From NCBI RefSeq assembly GCF_006345805.1, contig NC_043014.1, positions 52,700,001-52,764,000 on the forward strand: 64,000 nucleotides of DNA. Direction: 5' to 3'. A model generated the notes under the pieces. It was not told the DNA's origin, made no database searches, and was given only the letters and a program-made list of their open reading frames with translations. This document shows positions 13,407-27,056 of the stretch, one piece after another (the first letter of the stretch is position 1; each line of letters begins with the position of its first letter). Source of the stretch: Octopus sinensis (taxonomy: Eukaryota). Position numbers and translations under genes: made by a program.

Positions 13407-14690
13407 TTGGGTCATTCGATAAATAATGCAGTTTTTTTTTCAATTGCTTGAGCTAAAAGTTGGATGGAGATAGGATAAACTACTTGCATCAACTTGCTGT
13501 AAAAGCAGGTAGTGATTTTACCTTGGTTTTATTCTTAGTGCAAGTTTTGAGGAGTGCAATTCGATTTTAACAGTTATTTTTTCAAAACTATAATGGAAGT
13601 GACAAAGGTGGTTATTTTGCTTTATGAGTTCAATAAAGGCAACAACGCAACAGAAAGTGCGAGGAATATTAATGCAGTATATGGGGGTCGGATGATAAGT
13701 GTAAGCCAGTGTCAACAGTGGTTCCAGAAATTCCAAGTCGGAAACTACAGCCTAGAAGATGAGCCTCATCCTGGAAGATCTGTAGAATTCAGCAAGGACA
13801 CCTTGTAAATCCTTGTGGAACAAAATCCCATCGTGACTGTTGAGGAACTAATAGAGAAGCTTGGATTTGGTCATTCAACCATTCATTGACTCCTGCATGC
13901 CATCAGAAAAGTCAGCAAATTGGGTCAATGGGTTCCTCACCAACTTTCCAAGTCTAATTGCACACAGAGAGTGAATGTGTGCTCTTCTTTGCTGTCACAT
14001 CTCACGAATGAACTTTTTCTGGACCAAATAGTGACTGGTGGCAAGAAATGGGTTCTCTAAAAAATGTCAAGTGCCAAAGACAGTGGGTAGGGAAAGGAGA
14101 AACGCCAGCGGCCCAGGTTAAAGAAGGTCTTCACCCATGGAAGGTTTTGTTATCTGTTTGGTGGGATATGAAAGGTTTAGTCCACTTTAAACTTTTAAAT
14201 CCAAACCAAATGATAACAAAGGAAATCTACTGGGAGCAGCTTGAGTGGACTCAATTCAGTGCAAGAAGAAAAACAACCATCTTTGGTTTCAAGATGAAAG
14301 GTGTTCTTCCATTGGGATAATTATTGGCCACATACAGTGAGGATGATATTTCATAGGCTGGAGCAGTTTGAATGGGAACCAATGTCCCACCCACCATATT
14401 CGGCAGACATTGTCCCATCTGATTATCATTTATTCTGCAGTCTTCAAAATCATTTGGACAGAAAAATGTGTATTCTGTAGACAAGATCAGAACAGTACTA
14501 GAGGAGTATTTTTCAGCACTGACAAAGTGAATTTCTGGACAGGGGCCTTGCAAGTCTACTAGATAGATGGAAGAGCATTGTAGAAAATGAAGGAGAGTAT
14601 ATTTTAGATTAAACAAAAGAACTTTGTTTATCTTAATTTTGAAAAATAAAAGAAGTATTTAAAAAATGCCTTATTTATGGAATGACCCAA
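13407..14690 (+). mobile_element. Older full-length mariner (Hsmar1/cecropia- or mellifera-like), decayed
   Basis: Imperfect TIRs ttgggtcattc.../...gaatgacccaa with TA flanks; LEDEPHPGR, WVPH and LLSVWWDMKG motifs. Confidence 0.85.
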
Positions 14691-14699
14691 TACCTAAAC

Positions 14700-15170
14700 G
14701 ATAAACTTCTAGAAAGTTTTACAGATTTTTAGTTTCAGTGATGGCTTAGATCTGTACTTTCTCCTTTCTGGTTTTGAGAAACCTAATTTCTTGAGATTGT
14801 TATTTTGGTAGTGTGTTACATATCTCAGTGCTCCATTAATTACATATATAAACCTGAGCTTGTAATCTGGATAGAGTAACTGCTGATTTCTCAATAGTTT
14901 ACCATAGGTATTCTCGTTTTTCACTGATCTTCAGCTTTATGTTAACATCCTCAGGGCAGCTAATTTCCACAAATGTACAGTTTCTCTTCTCTATCCCAAA
15001 TCATTATATCAGGTCTATTGTGTTTATATTCTATTAAGTTTTCACTAGGACATGTATGTATAGCACCTTCACATTTGTTTTGAAGAACTATGAGGGAATA
15101 CCAACTCTCTTCATTATATTTATGTAACATATGATTTGAAGCCTTCCATAACTGTTTGTCCATCATTTAC
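14700..15170 (-). mobile_element. 3' end of an R4/Dong-like non-LTR element, restriction-like endonuclease (also ~41577-42049)
   Basis: HNRPDIMIWDREEKLCTFVEISCP..NIKLKISEK and LKICKTF. Confidence 0.8.
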
Positions 15171-15379
15171 CTTTATTATATGTACACACATACACTCAGG
15201 TACATACATACACTTACATGCACACACACACACACACACACATGCATACATACATATATACTCTCAAGGAGAGAGAGTATTCTCTATGAAAGTAAGTAAA
15301 AAAATCCACCAGATATGGTACTAAAAGTTGTTAAGGAAATTGGAGAGGTGCATTTAGAGCAGCGTAATGAAGCCATAGT

Positions 15380-17650
15380 CTGGCAGATTAATTCTGCCAG
15401 TCTCTATGCCTTGCCTACTATTGCAAAATAGTACATGAATGACTTTAAAATAGTGAACAAAACCAAAACAACGAAGAAAGTGCCGCCATGAGTTCTGAAG
15501 ACAGAGAGATAGTAGTTGATTTACGGAAGAGCGTCAGCCATGTGATGATGCTTCTTGCGTGCAAACAAGCAAATCACTATACAGCTCACCAACAAAAAGT
15601 GAAGAAGGAAATACAAGCTTAAAGTTGTTAGAATCAGAAGATTCCGACATCAGAAGAGAATAACCAAGAAAAAAATGATAAACAAAGAATTTAAACAGAA
15701 CAGGTAGCAGTATAGAGATGAGAGGAGAAGCAGTGAACATCACAGAAGCTCCTTCACGAGAAGACATGGACACCTTCTGAAGGAACATCTGGAGTGTAGA
15801 GAAGGAATTTAACCGTTCTGTATTTGGAAGGAATTCAAAGAAGTTATTGTTCCTGCATTACACCCAGGACACACAGCATTGATAGTGATACCCTTGTAGC
15901 TGTGATCCAGTTTCTGTGAGCATAGTCAAAGCTATAGCTGACCTGACTTCATCGTGGACCACCATCTTGAAGGATGGTGGTTCATGATGCAAGGAGTAGT
16001 TGTATTATCACTGATAGAATCCAGTATTGCAGAGGTGTATTCCAAAGGGACAGCCTTTCTGTGATGTTGTTTATACTTTCTGTAAACCCCTGGTCATTCA
16101 TGTTAAGGAAGTCTGAAGGTTATCTCACCGGTTCACAAAGAAACAGAAAGACCAAAATTACAAACGGTTTCTTTGTGGATGACTTGAAACTATCTGCAAA
16201 AATTATGCATGAGATGAAAAGAGCCTTATCCAGGTTACAACATTTTCAAAGGATAGAGGTTGAAGTTTGGTCAGAATAATTTTTGCTATATGGTTGTGAA
16301 AAGGGGGAAAAGAGTAAACCAGGCTAACAACACCATCAATGACTTAACTGTTTCCCCTGTATCTGACGAGGAATGTTACAGGTACATTGCGGTGGATGAA
16401 AACATATCTTACAATGGCACCTGAAACAAGACACATGTCACTAAAGAATATTACAGCCAGATAAGGAAAATATGGACCTTGGAACTCTCTGCATTCAATA
16501 AAACTGGCCCACAATGTGTTTGCAGTGCCAGGTGGAATACCAGCATTTGGGCTACTTGATTGGACACTTGATGAGATTCAAGCCATTCCTGTGAAAATAC
16601 AGAAGATACAAACCAGCACACATAACTTCCACATCAACAGCAACATAGACTGCCTCTACCTAAACTGAAAACAAGGTAGCAAAGACTTAACATCGAACCA
16701 GACTGGCTTTGAATGTTCTATCATATCCCTTTGGCAACATCTTTTAACCATCAAGTGTCGAAGTGCATCCCTTGACCAAGTTCGCATATATAAGGCTGAT
16801 AACATCACAAGATTTGTAAAGCAGCTCCTTGAGCAGCATTCCTTGTCTGATAACCTTAAATATATAGCCAAAAGAGTTGCACGACATATCATCAGATGAG
16901 AGGATGAGCATATATCAGCAGAACATACATGGATATTTTTGAAGAAAGCTCTGAGATGATAATAATATTGATCATCAAAACAGTCTATCATAGAGCAACA
17001 ACTGGATTACTACTCCCACCTTGAAAGGTATGCATTAGCAGTCCAGGAAGAGGAAATATCAACCAAATACCTGATGCACAAAATGGACAGAGACATGGGG
17101 AAAGCAGCAAAATGTGACAACCGAAGCAAACCTTGTGGAGTTAACACCAAAGATATCACCCACGTCATAAGCAGTTGTCTGAAAATGTCTTCACAGTATT
17201 ATCTTCCAATGAGAAATGGTGTGGCTAAGACACTGTATAATGAGATCCATCTTCAGGATAACCCTGAAGCCAAAGAAATAAGAACCCACATTACAGTGGA
17301 AGCAATAGCCACTCATAATGAGGAGTGCTGGTAGAATGTCCTAGTGGAAACCTCAATAAAATGTGAACATAATAGACCTGACATAAGGATATGGGATAGA
17401 GAAGACAAACCGTGTACAGTTGGGGAAATCAGCTGCCCAGTGGATGTTAGCATAAAGATTAGTGAAAAAGAAACTGTTGGGGAGTTAGTTACTCTACCCA
17501 AATTACAAGTTCAGGCTTAAACCTGTATTTATTGGGGCACTGGAATAAGTAACACACTGCCTAACTACCAATCCTGAGAAATTAGGCTTCTCAAAACTAG
17601 AAAGGAGAAAACCATCCCTCGAACTATAGAAATCTGTAAATCTTTCCAGA
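15380..17650 (+). mobile_element. R4/Dong-like non-LTR retrotransposon remnant with RT, CCHC and RLE (also ~42259-44529)
   Basis: GVFQRDSLSVMLFILSVNP..FFVDDLKL, C..C..ITHVISSC, HNRPDIRIWDRE. Confidence 0.85.
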
Positions 17651-18229
17651 AGTTTAGCATTGAAGTCTATATGAACATGTCTAGACATGCAACTATATGC
17701 ATGAGAATATGTACTTAAAGCAAAACATACAAATCTACATATATGTATATATATATATATATATATACATACATACATGCATGCAAGCATACATACATAA
17801 ATACATATCCTGTTGATATTGTTGAAAGTCCAATGAAGGAGCCCTGGATCTTTCGGCATGAAATCTTGAAAAAATAAAACTAAATAACGGCATACATATA
17901 TACATACGTACAGTGTGGCTCTCAACACACAGATGAGGATGACCATCACTGAGAAATTATCTTGTCCTAGATGCTTCAGTCAATGTCTATCAGCTTGAAA
18001 TGCTACTGTTACCATCACTGTAGCCGCTATTATTGTTGTCATTGCTGTTATCAGCTGTACTGCTGCTCTTTAGGCTGTTACTCTGGCTACCAGTGGCAGT
18101 TACTACCTCAGCCTCATATACGACCACCACATCGATCCCCACCCCACCCCACCCCACTGGGTAGTCATTGTACACCCTACATGAACAACCTGCAGCTTAC
18201 GGATGCTCACTAAAATTTTCTTAATGTTG

Positions 18230-19330
18230 GGCGTGCACGTAGTCTCTCTAATGCTTTGACGGCCTAACCTTCAGCAAACTCGAATGCTTGATCAAGGTCA
18301 GACTCTCTCCAGAATCCCACAACCAGGCCGCTTTGCTCAAATTGCTTGGGGGTCTAGGTCTGCACAAGTGCTTGTCTCTATCTCTTCTCTGTTTTCTTTC
18401 CTCCACCCACATTTGATCCCCTTTAGTAAGCAACATACTCTCCTCTCTAACATGGACTAGTTCCTACAGGGAGATGGATAAAGCTTTGTTGCAATGGAGA
18501 GAATTAGGTTTCTCAGTTCTTGTTACAGTTGATGATAGACAGAAACAGAGAGTATGGCGCAACCTGCACTCGGGTGCTACTTTTTAAACTCTCTCCTTGA
18601 TCAATCTAATCAATTTTCAAGGTGTCACCTACTTTCTGCTACTGCAAAATTTCCAGGGGACTTGATTGATGCTCTGTCTGTGGCCAACATTGGAGATCTA
18701 TCCAGTCTAGATGAGCTCCACATCTCCATCACACTCAGAATGGGAGCTGCTGTCTGTAGGGGACAGAGATGTCATTGTGGTAGGTTCCTCAATTTCACAA
18801 GTCTTCACAGTCTGTCTTGCCATGTAAATGCTGGCCATTTTGCACATCACACCATGCTAAACTTAATCATTCAGTGGGTCCTAGCTTGGGTTACTATCCC
18901 ATTAGTTCTAGAGCTGGCTGGATTATCCAGAAGTGATGAGAAAAGTCCAAATGGTCTTACTCTCTGTCCCTGGGTAAAATGTAGGTGTCTCAATTGGGAC
19001 GCCATAGTCTGACTCCTTTGCTTCCTCCCACATCCTGGATGCTGCAGTAAATGGGACGATCACTGCTTCCATAGCTGAATGGAAGAAAATCCTTAAGTGT
19101 AGCGACCTATCGGTGAACTGTCTCTTCCAGCTTGTAGTGTTGGAGACATTTGGAGGGTCTGGGCTGCTAATGGCAAAGTTCTTGTCATCGTTCGCAGCTT
19201 GCCTTACCAAGGTATCAGATGATGCCTGTGAGGGTGCTTGGCTGTTCCAACGCCTTATCCTCGCCATCGCCTGTGGTAATGCTGCAAGTATGTTGGCTCG
19301 CTTCAATAGGTTCCTTTGAACCTTGTGGTG
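18230..19330 (+). mobile_element. CRE-clade non-LTR retrotransposon 3' remnant (also ~45111-46211)
   Basis: LHISITLRMGAAVC..CHCG..HSLSC, LELAGLSRSDEKSPNGLT, LNWDA, VVLETFG, WLFQRLILAIACGNAASML. Confidence 0.8.
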
Positions 19331-19599
19331 TGAGACCAATTGAAGCACTTGGCATTGCATTGGTGTTTTTCTTCTTGTTTTCTCTCTTTTTTGTTTTTCT
19401 TTTGTAAAATATATTCCTTTTCACTGAATTATTGCAAAAGTGTAACAAACAGAATATATATATTTCCAGATATTTCTTCCTTTCTATTGATATGTATATA
19501 GACCTGCTTTTTCAAGTCCCTGGATATGTGTTATTTATTTATAAGCAATTAAACTGAAGTTGCATTAACTAAACAAAACGTCTGCATCTGGGTGACTGT

Positions 19600-20480
19600 G
19601 TGAAGTGTTTGTCCACCAATGTAAGGAATATTCTTCTCACACAGGTTTTAACATTTAGAGACAAGGGTAGGGGTGCCAGGGCCTGGCATATAGATGTGTT
19701 CCTGAAACCCACTGGAAGCTAGAGCGTTTTTGTATTATGGGGCTGCAGCATCGAAAATCTCTTGACTTGAGGACAAATTCGAGATTCCCTTGCCAACATC
19801 CTTCACTAGGTTGTTGAACACGATAGGCAGGTGACAGGAGTTTGTTTTAATGGAGCACAGCATCTCATTTGTTTTATGGTAGGGTTTGTAAGAACAGGAG
19901 CTCAGATCTAATGTAGCGTCTAAAAAGTTTACAATGGTGAGTTTGGTCTCTAGTGTTATCTTGAGCCCCATGGAGCTAAGGGTGCTAGTTAGGTCCTTCC
20001 TAATCCTATCAAGAGTATGCCCATTAGCTCCTCTAGAGCATCATCTCTATAGAGACCAAAGAGAATGGATAGGAAGCTTTTCTTTAAGGTGTCTAAAATA
20101 TATAGCCCTATAATGTTGCATATGTCCACGCTGTCATAGGCTCCCATCACTACATCAAAAGAGTCCCCTGAATCAATTTTTTAAACAGCTGTGCTTCTCT
20201 GGCCTGCATAACTGCACCAATGTCCCTATCATTAATGTCAATGAAGCCCTTAGCAAAAGTAAATACCTTTACCAGCCGCCTTTTCAATATAGACAAGTAA
20301 AAATTGACTGTATCGAATTGGGTGAACCTTGCCCTGCCTCTAGCCTGGTTGGTTTTATCCCATGAAATTACTTCATTGGTGCTCCGCCATAAGGAGAGAT
20401 TGGAAGCCCCACCTTGTGTGATCGTTGAGTTTTCTTAGTATGTGTTTGCACACCAGACCAACCTCTAATTTGGCTGGGTT
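19600..20480 (-). mobile_element. Penelope-like RT remnant (also ~46481-47361)
   Basis: QFDTVNFY..VFTFAKGFIDI and GLKITLETKLTIVNFLDATLDL..YKPYHK..ISNLSSSQEIF. Confidence 0.85.
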
Positions 20481-21039
20481 GATCAGGTGGCACTTGCTGT
20501 GAGAGACAAAGTCTGGTTTATGGTGTATAATGGTGATAAAAGCATTCTTCTTGGTTTTAACTTTCTACCATGTCAGCTGTACCCAGATTGTTAGCTGTTT
20601 GGCTTCACTGTTAATGCTGTTGTATGTGTGTGTGTGTGTGTGTGTGGCTTCCCCCCCACACACACACCAAGATCCTTATCCAGAAAGTTATCTCTTTTTT
20701 ATATGCAGGCTTATATGGGAAACAAACCACTTTTATAAACAAAAAAATCAAATTAAGGGAGAAGGAACTAAAGTATAAGGAATAACTACCTGAAACGGGA
20801 AACGAAATCTCGTATATTTCACCAGAAAACCCCCATCTAAATGGCTTTGACTTAATATATACATATATATAACCACACATACACATACATGTGTATGTGT
20901 GTGCGTGTGTGTGTGTGTGTGTGTGTACTCCTTTTCTCTTAATTTTTAGTTTAATTGTCACCAGTGACAAGGGTAGTAAAGAAAAGGAAATTGTTGTCGT
21001 CTCTTGTGTAAATGGTCATCGTTTGTATCATCAGAATGT

Positions 21040-21280
21040 TTAACAAATTTTGAAGGTTCCAGATATCGCAGTCTTTTGAAGCTTATGAATTAAGGAGCCA
21101 TGTTCCTCCTTCACGAATCCAAGTGATACTTTGGTCCAGTCTGGTTGCGATATAACCTGGAGCACCGACAATAACAGGTACGAAGTTAAACGTGTATCTT
21201 GGATACCAGATTTCCAAACTTCACATCAACGATCCATATGAATCCTTTTCTTGTATTTTTCTTACCACATGTAAGGAATG
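21040..21280 (-). mobile_element. Diverged R4-like 3' fragment (also ~47917-48157)
   Basis: KDSYGSLM*SLEIWYPRYTFNFVPVIVGAPGY resembles the RLE tail at 14700-15170. Confidence 0.55.
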
Positions 21281-22199
21281 GTATGGAAGCAGTCGGCTCG
21301 TTAACCGTGTATAACTTTTCTCAACTTCAGTAAGCACTGACAACAGAGTATATACAAATGGGGCATTAAACTAGTTAAGACTAACGACAATCCTCGGGTC
21401 TAATCTCAAAGGTGTCTAATATACCAAATTTGAACATTTTCACTTAATTTTAAAATTTCAAAAAGTGAAGGGAAACAGAAAAGGTCCAAGCCGGGTTTTT
21501 TTTTTTTTTCAAATAAATTCACGAGCGAAATACGTGGGCAGAACTAAGTACATTCAAATAAAAACAGCATTTGTCTGTCACCTACTTTTACTTTTTCTTA
21601 TTTTAAATATTTGTCATGTTTAACAAAAGGCACCAATCTTCCATTGTTCCATTGTATCACAAACACATTACTTACGTAAAATAGTTTAAACACTTTCTAC
21701 GTATTTCCTCTTCAATAACTATGAACCACTTTCTTTATATTATGTACTAAGTTATATTACAGAAGATCTCTAACCACCAAGCTCCTTGCTTCATGTTATT
21801 GCATTCAATTATTTCCATGAAGACATTTAATCACTAACGATGCTGGCGATGTAAAAAATATATGAAAACTGAAAAATATTAATATTTGGTCCCACTTGTC
21901 TTCACATGCAGCCAGCCAAACTACTGGGAAATTCCAACGAAGTGTTAATTATCAAAGCCCGCACACTTAACCTCCATTCATGCACATATAGCTAATTGAA
22001 GTACGTGTAGTGTACATTTGTAACGAGTTTTGACATGGTCAGTTACTGTAGCAGTTCAATACTGTTTAGAACGAACAAATAATACTTTTTAAATGTACCA
22101 GTTTCACTTTCTCAAACGAACAAGTGTGGACGGGTCAATAGCTTCTGTGCTCCCACTGCAGTAGGCATCCGTTGATTTCAAGGGACCACGGATGTGTGC

Positions 22200-22460
22200 C
22201 TGAGAATTTGTGTTAGCTGTGGTGGCTGTACAGGCTTACATGCGAGTGGCAGTCACACAGACAATGGCTGCATTCGAAGAAGCCCTCTGCCATCACTATT
22301 GATCCGTTGTGGTAAGTTCCAGGTTCTCTTCCCCTCACTTCATTCTCTTTTTGCAGTTTTTGGCTCCAGTATGGGCAGTCATTTGCAACCTCCTCCCATT
22401 TCTGGATGTCCACATCTATTAACTTCATCTCTCTCTCTCTTGCTGATGTCCTTGTCCGAA
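22200..22460 (-). mobile_element. RTE LINE 3' terminal fragment (also ~49075-49350)
   Basis: MKLIDVDIQKWEEVAND..W and C..C..DCHS.VSLYSH..RC, typical of RTE C-termini. Confidence 0.65.
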
Positions 22461-24220
22461 GAAAAGCTAGTTTTGTGTGTGTGTGTGCGCGCTTTGTGTT
22501 ATCTATTAACTAATATCAGTGTAGTCCTTCGTTATTTGAAGTTGAGAATAAACCCCTAATTTATTGATAATTCAAATGTTTTATTACTAAAGATGGAATG
22601 GATACAGTTAGTTTACCAAATCAAAACCATTTTTTGCACATTTTTAAATTCCTGATTTCAAGGCAGATGACTCATATGGCACAGTATCGTTTCTAACTCA
22701 TTTGTTCTGTGGCACATCCTTAATGCCACAGCAGAGATGATGGATGGAGTTACTGCAACAGTAAATAAATGAAGTGAAACACTGAAATATTTTGTAGAAT
22801 CTGCTAGATTGTATTTTCCAATCTGTGGCTTTTGAGACATTCTAGGGTCTGCGGATAACAGACAAGGTCTTTGACTTTGTTAGTGACCTACTTCAAACAT
22901 CAGATGGTGTTTGGGAAGTCACCTGGTTGTTTCTAGCATGTGTTATATTTGAGTGGGGTGTCTGTATACCCCTGGTTATTCACTGATTTCTTTTCTCTTT
23001 CTCATTCTTCTTACTATTTGCTTTTGTCAGTTATGTTCTTTTCCACTGGAGGAAAGTCGTCATCATTTAACACCTGTTTTCCATACTGGCATGGGTTAAA
23101 CGGTTAGACAGGAACTGCTAACACCAACCACTTTGTAGAGTGTAGTGGGTGCTTTTGTTATTGCACCGGTAACCGCGAGGCCACTATCTAACTTGCAAAA
23201 TTGGTTAAGTGTACCCCTAATTCATGTTGTAGACATACAGGCAATCCTCAACATTGTTTCATTATAACATTCATGTGAAGTAATATAGAATAGTGTGAAA
23301 TATAAATCCACCTAGGGTACCTAAAGTACATACCACAAAAATGAACTGTTGTTTACTATAATTTTTCCTTTCTTTTGGAACTTGTTTTCAATTCAGTAAA
23401 GTAGAAAGAAATATATAAACGAGATTGAACAACAATACAAATCATTTTCTTTTTTTGTTTAGTTTTGTTTATCAATATTTAGCAAACAACATCAACATAT
23501 TCATCATATACACAGGTTGGCTGCCTTGAAACCAGCAGGCAGTGGTACCTACATGGTATCAGATTAAGGGCTTTATCAAAGGACACAGTATTTCAGTTTG
23601 AATACACTTAACACACCACATCTTCACTTCAAAATATTCCCTGTAAATCAATACAAATTGGTTAATGGAGAAAGAATAAACATTAATTGAAATATCCTCT
23701 GAAATTTTAATGGCTTTTGCACAAAAATTACGTCACTGCTACTTGCAAAGAACTGGAATTTACAATTAAACACATTCACGTGTCTTGAGGTGATGGGTTG
23801 TCGAGATTGTCATTTTCTGGAGGTAAAGGACCATGAGAATCCTTATTTTCATTTTGAAAGGTAATTACAATATCAAGAACTGGTGCAGATGATGATGATG
23901 CTGACGACAACATTCCAAAACATTGCTGCCTTGTCTACACAATAGACATAGAAGTTCAATTCCATCTGAGGCCAATGAGTCAAACGTTGTCCAGGGAATG
24001 CTTTTCTCCACACACTACATGAAACTTTAAACTATGTCAATCTTTGAAACTGGGAAGCCAAACCTTACTATAACCACAATATAAAATATATTTAAACATA
24101 TATTAGAACTATATAAAGTGTGTGCATTTTCCTTCTTTTATTTTATATACACACACATATATATACATACATATATACATACATATATATATATAAATAT
24201 ATATATGTGTGTGTATATAC

Positions 24221-24383
24221 TTTATTAAAAAGCAGCAAAAATATCACAAAAACTGTTACTCAGAGTTTCACGTTACCATTCATCAGACAGTTTTGTTTAC
24301 ATTCTAAACAAAACAATCCAGCAAACAGGAACATGAAACTCCTAGTGACAGTTTTTGTGATATTTTTGCTGCTTTTTAATAAA
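24221..24383. repeat. Fold-back element with perfect 36-bp arms
   Basis: tttattaaaaagcagcaaaaatatcacaaaaactgt (24221-24256) vs acagtttttgtgatatttttgctgctttttaataaa. Confidence 0.9.
24249..24294 (-). ncRNA. Minimal type I hammerhead ribozyme with intact core
   Basis: Minus strand: aaaactgt CTGATGA atg-gtaa-cgt GAA ACT-ctg-AGT A acagtttt. Helix I is a perfect 8 bp; helix III is palindromic. Confidence 0.7.
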
Positions 24384-24466
24384 GCATATTCCTCAACCTC
24401 TGGTACTCGAGTACTATTTTTTCCACCTTCTTTCACATTTATGTGCTTACTCTGGTATATATATAT

Positions 24467-24532
<66 letters not shown>

Positions 24533-25126
24533 GGTTAAGTAATTGAGATTCTAGTGAATTCTAAAGAATTCATATGAATATGGTCCTTAACTAGGATGCA
24601 CCGGATATCTATATGGTGTTAACCATACGACAAGTGGGGTGATTACAAATAGGAAAAAAGCAACAAGAATGGATTAAAATCTCGGTACGATCGTTTCGTA
24701 CGAGGACATCTTTAATAAGCTACAAAAAATGCAGTGAATACAGATGGCTCGTACTCGTCAGCCGAAAAAATATCAGAGAATTCCCAAACATCAAAAGGGG
24801 TAGATACAAAAGAGGTTGTAAGATTAACTGCATTGAAGAAAGTTCGATTCATGGAGATCCGATGAAAGGTTTTAAACCTATAGAATTTATGCATGTCTAC
24901 ATATAGCTCATATTGGATATTTGATCAAGTTGTGTGAAGGAATTTTCGGATACAGTCATGCAAAATTTCTGAAAATCCGAGTAAGAGGCAAAGTGACTGC
25001 CACATCATGTAGAGGAAAGTCTGAGTAAAAACATAGTGACTGTCATATCGTGTAGAGGAACAGATTGTTATTGAAATTTACAAGAATCGCAGATAAGTTC
25101 GATTTTTTGGAGATCCGATGAAAAAG

Positions 25127-25176
<50 letters not shown>

Positions 25177-26249
25177 TATATAGATAGATAGATAGATATG
25201 CACATATAGGTACAGGACATCACAAAACATAAACAACATGAAATACAAAGGCAAGCCTGGTATGCGAACAATGAAACAAACAAATGGAAGACAAGATAAC
25301 TAACATACAGAACGACCCTTCATCAGTTGTTGGGTGTTTATCTCCACTCCATATTTCGAGCAATTCAGAATACTATGTGTCTTCGTTGTTTCATTTCGTT
25401 TGTTGTATGTCCAGTTTTTGTTACCAAATTTCACCTTCAGCAAAAACCAAATTTTATTTCGGTTTCCAGGAGCAACTCTTTCTCGAAGAAACATATTGTC
25501 ATGAATTGCTTGAAATATATGTATTATTATTATTATATATATTGGCATTCTTTAAATTATTTCTAGACTCAGCTTTTTATTCGGTTGCTACATTTAGAAT
25601 TCTGCAATCATGCACTGTATAGACATTTATGCTGCATTTCAGGATTTTTAGTATAAACGATTGCATATCTACAATTTTCTTCATTTCAAGGAATATACTA
25701 CCAACCTCTGCCAGCACTTTATCTGGAGAATGGATTTTCGAGTATTTCCTTTGAAATAGTCTCAGTTTTGTTGTGAATTTGACAGTATTATGAGGACATC
25801 ATCGCTGGGGAAAATAATCTAGGCAATTGCAAACAAATGTCTTCCAACGGTTAAGCCTGATCTCTTCTGTTCTTTGGAATATTCATTGGCTCTACGCCCT
25901 TAATTTTTTACAAATTTATCACGTTTGTAATTTACCCCTGGATGTCTTTTTTAATCCATTTACAACTCCCAAGGCCAACACTATTTTTTCACTCTGGTAC
26001 AGCAATTTCTTTTGGCATTTAAGTTCTTTTGGTGTCTTTAATAACTTTGAGGTTTTTACTACTTTCACAATCGTAGCACCCTTGCTATAACTCATGAGGA
26101 CAACTGGGGATAAGTCTGATATAGAAGTTTCAAACGATGTCCCCAGAACAAAAACTAGTCCCCTCTATGGAAACCTGCAGAATGGTTAACCGTTCATTGC
26201 ATGCAGGTATGTAAATATTGGAAAGGTACTGAGGTAAGGGTGCATCGGT

Positions 26250-27000
26250 AGTAGAAACAAGATTTCTGTCAGTGAGGAAATTAAAAAAAACCATTCACCA
26301 TGTTTCTGACAATATGGTGGTCACAAATTTCATGGAATATTGTTGTGTGGCCATCTTTGTCAAGTCCAAATACATCCCTTCTACTTTTGATTGGTAAAGT
26401 AGCTGTTTTCACATCCAATTCTAATGTGGCAGTATTTGTTCTTGGACAGAATCTATATTGGGTTTCACACAAGTTATTTTACTCTTGGAACAGAATCAAT
26501 TTGTGTTTGATGCTGAATTCTGTGATTTAACTGGTAGATGAAGTCAAAGATGCATGTCTATAATGTTTTGTGTTTGTCCTGCATCCTCATTTATGGCAAG
26601 AATATACAACAGCTTTTTTATTGCTAATGGGAATTTTAATGTTCTCCAGAAGATTTTGGAAAGAAACTAAAGGACTTTGGTTAGAGGATTTTTACATATT
26701 TTTAGGAGAATTGTTGGGAAGCAATCAGGGTCCGGTGCTGAGTTTATATGTATTTTGTCTGAAACAGTTATTCCATCGATTTCTTCTACGTCAACGTAAG
26801 GCCATGCTATTGAAAGTCTTTGTTGGCTTAGTTGTGTACCAGGAAAATGGTGAAGATATTAGAAGAGTCAGATATGCCATTCAGTTCTTTATTCTTTTGA
26901 AATTTAGCTGTATTAACATTATCAAGACATGTCACTGATGTTCAACTTCATCAGAGACACAGAAACCACCACAATAACAGCAGTAACTATCAGGTGGGAC
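26250..27000 (-). mobile_element. Old CR1-group LINE RT fragment just 3' of the gene stop (also ~53072-53822)
   Basis: Across frames: NSAPDPDCFPTILLKICKNPLTKVL, KAVVYSCHK.G..HYRHASLTS, LFQE*NNLCETQYRF, resembling SAPGPD..PIHKGG..NYRPISLTS..QHGFR. Confidence 0.65.
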
Positions 27001-27056
27001 ACTGCCAAAATGCAGCTGACACAGGAAAATGTTCTTCACAATTATGAAAAAACAAA

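Noticed and set aside
21340-21550. Possible non-autonomous Helitron-like element
   Set aside because: Only a vague terminal resemblance; no clear hairpin or CTAG end.
25284-25420. CTGATGA and GAAA on the minus strand as another hammerhead
   Set aside because: Motif order and helices do not assemble into a valid core.
25650-26100. Lys/Cys-rich minus-strand stretch resembling a LINE ORF1 zinc-finger remnant
   Set aside because: Too many stops and frameshifts to support by eye; needs a profile search.
26570-26938. 122-aa plus-strand ORF next to the gene (also 53392-53760)
   Set aside because: Antisense shadow of a decayed LINE RT, with no recognisable domain.
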